Below, piece after piece: positions 19,979-29,572 of a stretch of DNA of 64,000 nucleotides. The DNA is from an uncultured Eubacteriales bacterium (GTDB lineage Bacteria > Bacillota > Clostridia > Oscillospirales > Oscillospiraceae), in assembly GCA_900555665.1 (NCBI GenBank), contig USLX01000001.1, positions 2,689 through 66,688 of the forward strand. The letters run 5' to 3'. Position numbers and translations under genes: made by a program. Numbering within the stretch: the first letter of the stretch is position 1; every line of letters starts with the position of its first letter. The notes beneath the pieces were generated by a model. That model was not told the origin of the DNA. It made no database searches and saw nothing but the letters and a program-made list of their open reading frames with translations.

Positions 19979-20652
19979 AGCAAATGGGAAAACTGATCGT
20001 ATTTGAAGGAACGGACGGAAGCGGCAAGTCCACACAGTTCGAACTGCTGGCCAAACGGCTTGAGGCGGAAGGGGAGGCGTTTCACCGGCTCCGCTTCCCA
20101 CAGTATTCAGAGCCGTCCTCTGCGCTGATCCGGATGTACCTCGGCGGCGCGTTCGGTGAGGATCCGGAGGCGGTGAATGCCTACGCCGCGTCGACGTTTT
20201 ACGCAGTCGACCGCTATGCGTCCTATCAGTGTGTGTGGAAGGACTATTATCAGGGCGGTGGGCTCGTCGTGTCGGACCGGTATACGACGTCGAACGCCGT
20301 GCACCAGGGCAGCAAGGTTCCGGAAGGGGAGCGGGCGGAATTCTTCCGCTGGCTCTATGATTTGGAATATGACCGGATGGGCCTGCCGCGGCCGGATCTG
20401 GTGGTGCTGCTGGACATGCCGGTGGAGCTGAGCGAACAGCTGATGCGAAAGCGCGAGCAGAGCACCGGCACGCATGCCGACATCCATGAGCGCGACGAGG
20501 CGTATCTGAAAAAATGCCACGAGGCGGCGCTGCACGCGGCTGCGTATTACGGCTGGCGGACGGTCTCCTGTGCGAAGGACGGAGCCATCCGCAGTGTGGA
20601 AGAAATTCACGAAGAAGTTTATGCAATTGTAAAATCGTGTTTGGAGGATTAA
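19975..20652 (+). CDS. tmk: Thymidylate kinase
   Basis: FEGTDGSGKSTQ P-loop, DRYTTSN and PRPDLV. Confidence 0.9.
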   Translation: MKQMGKLIVFEGTDGSGKSTQFELLAKRLEAEGEAFHRLRFPQYSEPSSALIRMYLGGAFGEDPEAVNAYAASTFYAVDRYASYQCVWKDYYQGGGLVVSDRYTTSNAVHQGSKVPEGERAEFFRWLYDLEYDRMGLPRPDLVVLLDMPVELSEQLMRKREQSTGTHADIHERDEAYLKKCHEAALHAAAYYGWRTVSCAKDGAIRSVEEIHEEVYAIVKSCLED

Positions 20653-20655
20653 ATT

Positions 20656-21198
20656 ATGGTATACATCATTCTGGGCAAGGGCTTTGAGCCGGTCGAGGCT
20701 GTGGTACCGTGTGACATTCTGCGCCGGGGCGGTGTGGAGGTTCGCTTCGCGGGAATCGGCGGAAAGACGATCACCGGCGGCCACGGCATTGCCGTGGAGG
20801 CGGACTGCACCGTGGAGGAGATCGACGAAGAGAAGCTGGAAATGGTCGTCTTACCGGGCGGACTCGGCGGCGTGGAGAGCATTCTCGGCTGCCGGACGGC
20901 GCTGGACGTGGTAAAGCGCGCGTGGGACGGCGGCAAATATGTCGCCGCGATCTGCGCCGGGCCGACGGTGCTGGCAAAGCTCGGCATCACGGCGGGGCAT
21001 CGGGCGACCTGCTATCCCGGCTGCGAGGCGCAGATGCCGGGAACGAACTATACCCCCGTGCCCGCACAGCAAGACGGGAAGCTCATCACCGGCCAGGCGC
21101 CGGGGGCGTCGTTTGCCTTCGGTTTCCGGCTCCTGAGCGCACTTCGCGGCGAAAAAACGGCGGCGGAGGTCGCAGAAGGCATGGTTATGTGCGGCTGA
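20656..21198 (+). CDS. DJ-1/PfpI (YajL/ThiJ-like) protein
   Basis: GFEPVE, LPGG and AAICAGP nucleophile motif. Confidence 0.9.
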   Translation: MVYIILGKGFEPVEAVVPCDILRRGGVEVRFAGIGGKTITGGHGIAVEADCTVEEIDEEKLEMVVLPGGLGGVESILGCRTALDVVKRAWDGGKYVAAICAGPTVLAKLGITAGHRATCYPGCEAQMPGTNYTPVPAQQDGKLITGQAPGASFAFGFRLLSALRGEKTAAEVAEGMVMCG

Positions 21199-21220
21199 GA
21201 TCACGATAGCGGAGGGAACT

Positions 21221-22702
21221 ATGGCCGAACCTGAGAAAATGGAACACCCGGAAGAAAATTTGGACAATCTTTCGCTGGACGAGCTGCTGCGCGGCGCGCG
21301 GGAAGAAATTGCCCGCGTGGACGCGATGATGGGCACTAAGGCGCAGGCTCCGGAGACGGAGGATGCGGAAGACGCGGCGGAGGCGGCGCCGGAGCTGCCG
21401 GAAGCTGCGTTGAAGTCCGCCCCCTTCGAGCCGCAGCTGCCCGACGAGTACGCCGATCTGACCGTCGACGAGGAGCAGCCGGACGAGGAAGCGCCGCCGC
21501 GCGAACGGCTCCGGCTGCCGACAGGCGTGCGCGTGTTTGTATATGTCTGCTGCGTGCTGGCGGCGAGCGTGCTGCTGGCCATCGGGGTCTGGCGCTGCGC
21601 GGACGATATGCTGGCGCTGACGCGGGAGGACATTTCGGTGAACGTGACGGTGCCGGAAAACGCAACGATTGCGCAGATCGGCGCGGAGCTGAAGGAAAAG
21701 GGCCTCATCGAATATGAATGGCTGTTCCGCTTTTATTGCTGGTTTTCCAAGGCGGAGCGGAAGATCGCCCCAGGCACCTATGAGCTGCGGGGCGTATACG
21801 ACTATCATGCGCTTGTGAACGGTATGGTGCGCACGTCGGGCGACCGCGCAACGGCGACCGTGATGATCCCGGAGGGCTATGAGTGCGAGGATATCTTCGC
21901 ATTGCTGGCGGAAAACGGCGTCTGCACGGTGGAGCAGCTGGAGGACGCGGCGGCAAATCACGAATATGACTATGCGTTCCTCGCCGATCTGCCCTATGGG
22001 CAGAAGAACCGGCTGGAGGGCTATCTCTTCCCGGACACCTATGAATTCTATGTTGATGACGATCCGGTGAACGTGCTGGATAAGTTCCTGCGGCGCTTTG
22101 ACAGCAAGGTGACGGAGGAGATGTATGCCGCCGTGGACGAGCTGAATGCGAAGCTGGCCGCGCAGATGGAGAAAAACGGCTTTACGGATCCGGAAATTGC
22201 CGCGGCAAAGCTCGACATGCACGACGTCATCATCGTTGCCTCGCTCATTGAGAAGGAGACGGCCAAGGCCTCGGAGAGCCCGAGCATCGCGTCGGTCATC
22301 TACAACCGGCTTTGCAGCAAGCTCTATCCCTGCCTTGAGATCGACGCGACCATTCAGTACGCGCTTGACGAGCGCAAGGAGGTTCTCTCCAACGCGGACA
22401 AGGGGATCATCAGCCCCTACAACACCTATAAAAATGCGGGCCTGCCCGCCGGGCCGATCTCCAACCCCGGTATTGCGTCCATCCGTGCGGCGCTCTATCC
22501 GGCGGAGACGGATGATTATTTCTATGCACTGGGCAGCGATGGCGTCCACCACTTCTCGAAGACCTATTATGAGCACCAGGACTTCCTGGAGAGTCTGAAG
22601 GGCGATGGAAGCACAGAGGCCGACGACACAGCGGATGACGCCGCGGATCAAAACAACGAGGAGGCTGCGCAGACCGATGATACTACGACGCCCACGCCCT
22701 GA
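21221..22702 (+). CDS. mltG: Endolytic transglycosylase MltG
   Basis: IPEGY, LEGYLFPDTY, ASLIEKE, SPYNTY..GLPAGPISNPG; single TM after an acidic N-terminus. Confidence 0.95.
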   Translation: MAEPEKMEHPEENLDNLSLDELLRGAREEIARVDAMMGTKAQAPETEDAEDAAEAAPELPEAALKSAPFEPQLPDEYADLTVDEEQPDEEAPPRERLRLPTGVRVFVYVCCVLAASVLLAIGVWRCADDMLALTREDISVNVTVPENATIAQIGAELKEKGLIEYEWLFRFYCWFSKAERKIAPGTYELRGVYDYHALVNGMVRTSGDRATATVMIPEGYECEDIFALLAENGVCTVEQLEDAAANHEYDYAFLADLPYGQKNRLEGYLFPDTYEFYVDDDPVNVLDKFLRRFDSKVTEEMYAAVDELNAKLAAQMEKNGFTDPEIAAAKLDMHDVIIVASLIEKETAKASESPSIASVIYNRLCSKLYPCLEIDATIQYALDERKEVLSNADKGIISPYNTYKNAGLPAGPISNPGIASIRAALYPAETDDYFYALGSDGVHHFSKTYYEHQDFLESLKGDGSTEADDTADDAADQNNEEAAQTDDTTTPTP

Positions 22703-23906
22703 GCTTCTGGCTCCGGCGGGGGACATGGAAAAACTGCAGATGTCCGTGGCCTATGGAGCCGACGCAGTCTATCTGGCGGGCACAAGCTTCGGCATGCGCT
22801 CGTTTGCAGGAAATTTCACGCCGGAGGAGCTGCCGCGTGCGGTGGCCTATGCACATGGGCGCGGCGTCCGCGTCCATGCGACGGTGAATACGATGCCACG
22901 CAACGACGAGGTCGCGCAGCTGCCGGCCTATCTCGAGCAGCTGCAGGATGCGGGCGTGGATGCACTGATCCTGGCCGACCTCGGAGCTTTCACGCTGGCG
23001 GGCAAATATGCGCCCCGCTGCGAACGGCACATCTCGACGCAGCAGTCGATTGCAAACTACGCCTGTGCGCAGAGCTGGTTTGATTTGGGCGCAAAGCGCG
23101 TGGTGCTGGCGCGAGAGCTGAGCCTGCCGGAGATTCTCGGCATTCGGGAACAGGTCTCGCCGGAACTGGAGCTGGAGACATTCTGCCACGGGGCGATGTG
23201 CGTCAGTTACTCCGGGCGCTGCCTGCTCTCCAACTATATGACGGGGCGCGACTCTAACCGGGGCGAGTGCGCCCAGCCCTGCCGCTATCAGTACGCGCTG
23301 ATGGAGGAAAAGCGGCCGGGAGAGTATTTCCCGGTGTTTGAGGACGAAAAGGGCACCTACATCATGAACTCGCGCGACATGTGCATGATCGACCATCTCG
23401 GGGAGCTCATCGACGCAGGGGTCGATTGCCTCAAGATTGAAGGGCGCGCGAAGTCGGCCTACTATGCCGCGATCGTGACCGGCGCATACAGTCATGTGCT
23501 GCGCAGCGTCTATGAAGGACGGGGCATCGACCCGGTCTGGCGCGACGAGGTGGAGCATGTGAGCCACCGGCACTATTCCACGGGCTTTTTCTTCGGCCAG
23601 CCGGGGCAATACACCGAAAATTCGCGCTATATCCGGCAGTGGCAGATCTGCGCGGTCGTGGAATCGTGCGACGCGGAAGGGAACGCCGTGCTGAGCCTGC
23701 GGAATAAGTTTTCTGTGGGCGATATGCTGGAGGTCGTCGGGCCGGACTGCCGTCCGTTTGCGTGGACGCCGGAGGCCATGGAGGATCTGGACGGGGTGCC
23801 GCTCCGTGAGGTGCGCACGCCGCAGACGCGCTTTCGCGTGAAATTGCCGAAGGCGGTGCCGGCGCTCAGCTTTGTGCGGCACGCGGTAGAATTATCCGGA
23901 AAATAA
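22677..23906 (+). CDS. U32-family peptidase (TrhP/YrrO-like tRNA hydroxylation protein)
   Basis: PELLAPAG, HGAMCVSYSGRCLLS, NRGECAQPCR and LKIEGR. Confidence 0.9.
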   Translation: MILRRPRPELLAPAGDMEKLQMSVAYGADAVYLAGTSFGMRSFAGNFTPEELPRAVAYAHGRGVRVHATVNTMPRNDEVAQLPAYLEQLQDAGVDALILADLGAFTLAGKYAPRCERHISTQQSIANYACAQSWFDLGAKRVVLARELSLPEILGIREQVSPELELETFCHGAMCVSYSGRCLLSNYMTGRDSNRGECAQPCRYQYALMEEKRPGEYFPVFEDEKGTYIMNSRDMCMIDHLGELIDAGVDCLKIEGRAKSAYYAAIVTGAYSHVLRSVYEGRGIDPVWRDEVEHVSHRHYSTGFFFGQPGQYTENSRYIRQWQICAVVESCDAEGNAVLSLRNKFSVGDMLEVVGPDCRPFAWTPEAMEDLDGVPLREVRTPQTRFRVKLPKAVPALSFVRHAVELSGK

Positions 23907-23920
23907 TTGTACTAAGTCGG

Positions 23921-24180
23921 TTGACATTCCGAACTTTTGTGGTAAAATACATACGCAATATGGATTTGCGACGAAGAACCGAGAAGTTCGGCGCGCCCAA
24001 AGAGAGAAGGGGACGGTGGAAGCCCTTCGGCGGCAAAGAGCTTCAGCCAGTTTGGAGCATCTGCGCGACGAGCGCGGCGGGCTTCGCCCGATAACGCGAA
24101 ACCGAGATACGCCAATGGCGTAAATTAGGGTGGTACCGCGATACAAGTCGCCCCTACAAGTGTAGGGGCGATTTTTTATT
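23921..24180 (+). ncRNA. T-box riboswitch with own promoter and terminator (specifier possibly Phe UUC)
   Basis: TTGACA-16-TAAAAT promoter; AGAGA and GGTGGAA stem I motifs; AATTAGGGTGGTACCGCG T-box at 24123-24140; terminator TCGCCCCTAC-AAGT-GTAGGGGCGA-T6. Confidence 0.9.
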
Positions 24181-24200
24181 TCGGGCGACTATTCCAGCCC

Positions 24201-24520
24201 AAAGGTTCCCCTTATGAAAGGGGCCGCGAAGCGGGGGCGCAGGCATTTGGCGCGAAGGCGACTTGCCCCGCATCATACCGCGGGGTATGCCGGGCGCGCG
24301 TTCCTTACGCGCCCGACTGAGAGGTTTGAACGTAACGTTTTTGAAAACCTCTCCGTCATTTGCTTCGCAAATGCCACCGTCTCGCTGCGGCTCGGTCACG
24401 GCGCGGGTCTGACAGCCCACCGGGCTGTCATTCAACACCGCGCCGCCGCTTCGCTACCTTACACAGGGGAGGCTTTGCCGCTGCGGCGGGGACGGGGCGG
24501 ACAGAGTCGCCCGCCCCTAC
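24201..24520. repeat. Composite REP-like cluster R5 carrying modules X, Y, Z and a GTAG REP
   Basis: Two inverted two-hairpin units, each interrupted by modules shared with R1 and R4; ends CGCCCGCCCCTAC. Confidence 0.85.
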
Positions 24521-24562
24521 GGAGACTATTTTAGACGTTGGCTGCTGGGACGAAAATGGGAC

Positions 24563-24647
24563 TTGACAGGATCGATCTGATGTGCTATGATGGGCGACGA
24601 TTAGAGAACTCTAACTTTTACTTTCGACAATGGTTAGAGTGCTTAAA
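24563..24647 (+). promoter_or_regulatory. SigA promoter with two TTAGAG-palindromic operator boxes
   Basis: TTGACA-17-TATGAT with extended -10; TTAGAGAACTCTAA (24601) and TTAGAGTGCTTAAA (24634). Confidence 0.6.
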
Positions 24648-24680
24648 CTGAAAATGCAAATGAAAAAGGAGACCATCGCT

Positions 24681-25544
24681 TTGAAGAACACGAAACGCCT
24701 GATCGCCCTGCTGCTGGGCCTGTGCCTGCTGCTGGGCCTGACCGCCTGCACGTCGTCCGCGCCCGCGGATGCCGAGACGCCCACCGCGGCCTCTGACGCT
24801 GAGACCACTGCGCCGGAGACCACGGAAGAGACCGAACAGCCCGCCGAACCCGAGCAGCCCGCTGAGCCGGAGGCCGGGGAAGAGACGGAAGCGCCCGCCA
24901 ATTTCGGCATCCTGACCGACATTGCCGGAGAAAACGGCACGACCTATACCAACCTCTTCACCGTCATCCTCGACAGCCAGTATGATGAACTGTGGCTGAG
25001 CAAGGCCGCGGCCATCGTCGGCGAGGACGCCGCGCAGGAGAACGTCGACTATCTCAAGGGCTTCATCAGCGCCGACATCTACGGCGAGGAGGCCGTCGAG
25101 GCCTACAAGGATGCGGGCTATTTCCAGTTTGACTGCTGGTATCTCGCGGACGTGGACACCTTCACGTTCGACGGCGACACGGTCACCACGAAGCTGACCG
25201 ACGGCAGCGAGCAGACCCATACCTACGAATATCTCGGCAGCTATCAGCTCGGCGAAGGCGAGATGATGACCTACGGCGGCGAGACGTTTGATGCCTCCTT
25301 CCCGGTCGACGTCTACAAGACTGCCGACGACGCGGGCGAGTTTACCTACTTCCTGTTCCGCGACGACACGATGCAGACCACCTGGCACATCGAATTCCGC
25401 TACGGCAGTAACCTCGACCAGCTGCTGAAGTACATGGAGGGCCCCTATGCCTACTGGCTCTCTGCCGGCATTGACGCCGACGCCAGCCCCGAGACGATCG
25501 ACGCGGTCATCGACCTGTTTGTCACCGAAAACCTCAGCGAGTAA
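24681..25544 (+). CDS. Lipoprotein, possibly with ZinT/AdcA-like metal-binding C-terminal domain
   Basis: TTG start after AGGAG; lipobox LTAC; acidic Pro/Glu linker; FTFDGD..THTYEYLG..FTYFLF..HIEFRYG. Confidence 0.7.
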   Translation: MKNTKRLIALLLGLCLLLGLTACTSSAPADAETPTAASDAETTAPETTEETEQPAEPEQPAEPEAGEETEAPANFGILTDIAGENGTTYTNLFTVILDSQYDELWLSKAAAIVGEDAAQENVDYLKGFISADIYGEEAVEAYKDAGYFQFDCWYLADVDTFTFDGDTVTTKLTDGSEQTHTYEYLGSYQLGEGEMMTYGGETFDASFPVDVYKTADDAGEFTYFLFRDDTMQTTWHIEFRYGSNLDQLLKYMEGPYAYWLSAGIDADASPETIDAVIDLFVTENLSE

Positions 25545-25629
25545 GCCTCCCCCCCAGCTGCGCAAGCAGCCGCAAATAACCACCGCAGGCCGCCAAACGG
25601 ACCCGTTTGGCGGCCTGTGCTGTTTGCGG

Positions 25630-25800
25630 GGCGTCTTTCAATGTCCAAACTCACGGCCGGATGGCCCAGATAGGGAAGCAGACGCTCCTTCACATCCGCC
25701 GTCCGCAGCTTGAGATAGCCTGTTGTGGTGCCGTCGCTGCAGCCTTAAAATTCCTCGCGCAAAACCGCGTGGTCGAGGACGAATTGCACGTCCCGCGCTG
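25630..25800 (-). pseudogene. Remnant of ProX/YbaK-like prolyl-tRNA editing protein (C-terminal fragment)
   Basis: In-frame ARDVQFVLDHAVLREEF*GCSDGTTTGYLKLRTADVKERLLPYLGHPAVSLDI with internal TAA at 25745-25747; no N-terminus visible. Confidence 0.55.
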
Positions 25801-26018
25801 CAATGCTGCAATCGCACAGACCGTCATCACCGCTGCCCAGCCCCGCCGGGCTGCGCTCCATTGTTTTGGCGCATTCAAATTGCCGGATCGTGATTTTCCC
25901 GCCTATCGCTTGGGCGGGGAAATTTTTATGGAGGCCACTTGCCGGGACGGCCGACGAGGGGCGAAATGCCAAACTCCCCCGTGCAGGTGGTATAAACCTG
26001 CACGAGGGAGTTTTTTCC

Positions 26019-27800
26019 TCAGGACGCCTGCTCGAACTGGCTGTTGTAGAGGTCGGCATAGAAGCCGCCCTTGGCCATGAGTGCGTCGTGTGTGCCGCTT
26101 TCGATGACGTCGCCGCCCTGCATGACAAGGATGAGGTCGGCATTTTTGATTGTGGACAGGCGGTGCGCGATGACAAAGCTCGTGCGTCCCTCCGTCAGGC
26201 GGTCCATCGCCCGCTGGATGAGCAGTTCGGTGCGCGTGTCGACGGAGCTTGTCGCCTCGTCCAGAATCAGCATCGGCGCATTTTGCAGCATTGCGCGTGC
26301 GATGGTGAGCAGCTGCTTCTGCCCGGCGGAGATGCTGGAGCTTTCGGAGAGCACGGTGTCAAATCCGTTCGGCAGCGAATGGATAAACTTGTCGAGACCG
26401 CAGGCGCGGCAGACCGATTCCAGCTGTTCCTCGGTGATGCCCTCCATATTGTAGACGAGGTTTTCGCGGACGGTGCCTTCGAAGAGCCAGGTGTCCTGCA
26501 GCACCATGCCGAAGAGCCGGTGCACATCCTCGCGCCGCAGCTCGCTCGTCGGGATGCCGTCGATGCGGATGCTGCCGCTGTTGACCTCGAAAAAGCGCAT
26601 CAGCAGATTGACCATCGTGGTCTTGCCCGCGCCGGTCGGCCCGACGATGGCGACCTTCTGGCCCGGCTGTACCTTGGCAGAGAAGTCCTGAATGATGATC
26701 TTATCCGGCGAGTCCGGATAGCTGAAGCGAACGTGGTCAAATTCCACCGCGCCGTGCACCTGCTCGATTTTCTCGGTCTTGCCGCTCTCATCGGAGAGCT
26801 CCTCGCTCTCAAGGAAGTCAAAGATGCGGTGCGCCGAGGCGGAGGCCGTCTGCATGTTGGTCATGCCCTGCGCGATCTGCGTCAGGGGAGAGGTAAACAG
26901 GCGGACATAGAGGATGAAGGAGATGATGACGCCGAACTCGATCGTGCCGTTCATCGCCAGCACCGAGCCGATCACGCACACGGCGACATAGGCAAGGTTA
27001 CCGATGACATTCATCAGCGGCTGCATCACGCCGGAGAGAAACTGCGAGCGCCAGTTCGCATCATAGACGGCCTCATTCAGCTTGTCAAAATGCTCGGTCA
27101 CATCCTTGCCCGCGCGCGAGATACGCACAACTTCGTGGCCGGAATACATCTCTTCGACATAGCCGTTCAGCGTGCCGAGGCTCTCTTGCCGGGCCGTGAA
27201 ATACTTCTGCGACCGCGACATGATGAGCACAACGAGCACCAGCCCGATCAGCGTCACGCCGAGCGCCGCCAGCGCCAGATGCCATTCTGTGAGGAACATC
27301 ATAATGAGGCAGCCGACAAACTGCGTCGCCGCGCTGATGATCGTCGGCAGCGCATTGGTCAGGCCCTGCTGCAGCGTGGAGACATCGTTTGTGATCCGGC
27401 TTAAAATGTCACCCTGCGCGTGAAAGTTGAAATACTTCTGCGGCACGCGGTTGATCTTGGCCGACAGCTCCGCCCGCATTCGGTAGGACATGTCGAGTGT
27501 CACAGTTGCCATGATATAGTGCTGCAAAAAGCCAAACAGAGTGCTGAGGCCATAGATCACGGCCAGGAAAACACCTACTTTTGCGACCGCCCCGAGGTCG
27601 ATGCCGGTCGTAAGCCCGTCGGACATGAGCGTCGCGATCTTGCCGACCTGATTCGGGCCGATGATGGTCATTACGGCGCTGAGCGCCGCGAGCACAAGCG
27701 CGAAGATCATCACGCCCAGCGTCTTGCGCATGTATTTGCTCAGACGCGAGAGGGCCTTGCCCATGTCCGCGTCCTGTGCAGGCTGCATATTCGGTCTCAT
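26019..27800 (-). CDS. ABC exporter, fused permease/ATP-binding subunit
   Basis: GPTGAGKT, ISAGQKQ, ILDEATS and AHRLST. Confidence 0.93.
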   Translation of the reverse strand: MRPNMQPAQDADMGKALSRLSKYMRKTLGVMIFALVLAALSAVMTIIGPNQVGKIATLMSDGLTTGIDLGAVAKVGVFLAVIYGLSTLFGFLQHYIMATVTLDMSYRMRAELSAKINRVPQKYFNFHAQGDILSRITNDVSTLQQGLTNALPTIISAATQFVGCLIMMFLTEWHLALAALGVTLIGLVLVVLIMSRSQKYFTARQESLGTLNGYVEEMYSGHEVVRISRAGKDVTEHFDKLNEAVYDANWRSQFLSGVMQPLMNVIGNLAYVAVCVIGSVLAMNGTIEFGVIISFILYVRLFTSPLTQIAQGMTNMQTASASAHRIFDFLESEELSDESGKTEKIEQVHGAVEFDHVRFSYPDSPDKIIIQDFSAKVQPGQKVAIVGPTGAGKTTMVNLLMRFFEVNSGSIRIDGIPTSELRREDVHRLFGMVLQDTWLFEGTVRENLVYNMEGITEEQLESVCRACGLDKFIHSLPNGFDTVLSESSSISAGQKQLLTIARAMLQNAPMLILDEATSSVDTRTELLIQRAMDRLTEGRTSFVIAHRLSTIKNADLILVMQGGDVIESGTHDALMAKGGFYADLYNSQFEQAS

Positions 27801-29572
27801 TTCGCGATCCCTCCTTTGGCGAGCTCCTCCGCGCTCAGCTGAGACATGGCGATCTCGCGGTATACTTCACAAGTTTGCATCAGCTCGTCGTGTGTGCCGA
27901 GTCCGACTGCCGAGCCACGGTCGAGCACAAGGATCTGATCGGCATGGCGGATGGTGCTGATGCGCTGGGCCACGATGACCTTCGTGGTTTCCGGCAGTTC
28001 CCGGGCCAGCGCTTCGCGGAGCGTGGCATCCGTGCGGTAATCGAGCGCGGAGAACGAGTCGTCAAACACCAGAATCTCCGGTTTCCGTGCCAGGGCGCGG
28101 GCAATGGAGAGCCGCTGTTTCTGCCCGCCGGAGATGTTCCGGCCCAGCTGCGCGATCGGGTGCGCCGCGCCCTCGGGGTATTTTCCGACAAACTCGGCCG
28201 CCTGCGAGAGCGACAGCGCATCCTGCAGCGCCGCGTCGTCTTTTGCTGCGGCGCTCTCACCGAAGAAGATGTTTTCCTCCACCGACCCGGCGAAGAGCAC
28301 CGCCTTCTGCGTCACATACCCGAGCCGGTCGTAGAGAGCGTCAAACGTGTAGTCCTTCACGTTCACGCCGTCGACGAGCACTTCACCCGCCGTCGCGTCG
28401 TAAAAGCGCGGGATGAGGCTGACGAGTGTGGTCTTGCCGGAGCCGGTCGCGCCGATGATGGCAAGAGTCTGTCCGCGCCCAACCTGGAAGCTGATGTGCT
28501 CCAGCTCGTCTTCCTTTGCGTTCGGATAGCGGAAGGAGACGTCGCGGAACTCCAGCGTTCCCTGTTCCGAAGCGGTCGTCCTTGCCCCCTCGGTAACGTG
28601 CGGCTTCGTCTCCAGCACCTCATTGATACGTTCCGCCGAAACCTGCGCCTGCGGATAGAGCATGAAGATCATCACAAGCATCATGAATGACATTACAACA
28701 TAGGTGGCATAGGTGCTGAACACGATGACGTTGGTAAACATCGTCAGCCGCGCCGCCATATCGCCTATGGAGATCGCCTCGACCAGCGCCGCACCGACCC
28801 AGTAGATGGCCAGCGCCAGTCCGTTCATGCCCAGCGTCAGCAGCGGCAGCAGCAGGGAGAAAAGCCGCTGGTTTTTCAGCTGTAATCCCAGCATCTTTTT
28901 GCTGGGGCCGTCGAATTTCTGATTCTGATAGTCCTCCGCATTGAAGGCGTGCACCACGTTGATGCCCGTCAGATTTTCCCGCGCCACGCGGTTGATCTGG
29001 TCGGTCGTCTTTTGCACGCGGCGGAAGCGCGGCAGACAACTGGCCATGATCGCGATGACCGAGCCGCAGATGACCACGACGAATGCCGCCGTCACCGCCG
29101 AGAGCTCCCAGCTCTTGCCGAGGATCTTGATGATGGCCCAGATAGCCATGATCGGGGCCTTGAGCATCATCTGCAGGCCCATGGCCACGATCATCTGGAT
29201 CTGCGTGATGTCGTTTGTCGTGCGCGTGATGAGGCTTGGCACGGAAAAGCCCTGCATCTCCTCGCTCCCGTTGGCCATCACATGGTGAAACAGCTTCTCG
29301 CGCACCGTAAAGCTGAAGCCCGAGGCACATTTCGCGGCCAGGTAACCGCAGCCCACGGCCAGCGCTGCGCTGCCGAGCGTCACGAGCAGCATCTGCCCGC
29401 CGACTTTTAAAAGATCCACCGTCTGTGTACCGGGGGTTTTGATGAGCGTCGTCAGCTGTGTCATAAAGTCCGGCAGCTTCAGATCAAACCAGACCTGACC
29501 GACCACCAGCACTGCGCAGAGCAGCGCCATCAGCGCCTCTTTTTTTCGTATTTGCCTGAATAGCTTGATCAT
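27797..29572 (-). CDS. ABC exporter, fused permease/ATP-binding subunit (degenerate partner)
   Basis: GATGSGKT, ISGGQKQ, VFDDSFS and AQR. Confidence 0.93.
   Translation of the reverse strand: MIKLFRQIRKKEALMALLCAVLVVGQVWFDLKLPDFMTQLTTLIKTPGTQTVDLLKVGGQMLLVTLGSAALAVGCGYLAAKCASGFSFTVREKLFHHVMANGSEEMQGFSVPSLITRTTNDITQIQMIVAMGLQMMLKAPIMAIWAIIKILGKSWELSAVTAAFVVVICGSVIAIMASCLPRFRRVQKTTDQINRVARENLTGINVVHAFNAEDYQNQKFDGPSKKMLGLQLKNQRLFSLLLPLLTLGMNGLALAIYWVGAALVEAISIGDMAARLTMFTNVIVFSTYATYVVMSFMMLVMIFMLYPQAQVSAERINEVLETKPHVTEGARTTASEQGTLEFRDVSFRYPNAKEDELEHISFQVGRGQTLAIIGATGSGKTTLVSLIPRFYDATAGEVLVDGVNVKDYTFDALYDRLGYVTQKAVLFAGSVEENIFFGESAAAKDDAALQDALSLSQAAEFVGKYPEGAAHPIAQLGRNISGGQKQRLSIARALARKPEILVFDDSFSALDYRTDATLREALARELPETTKVIVAQRISTIRHADQILVLDRGSAVGLGTHDELMQTCEVYREIAMSQLSAEELAKGGIAK

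Noticed and set aside
24601..24647. TTAGAGTGCTTAA resembles half of a CIRCE (HrcA) element
   Set aside because: No TTAGCACTC arm 9 nt upstream, and the downstream gene is not a chaperone.
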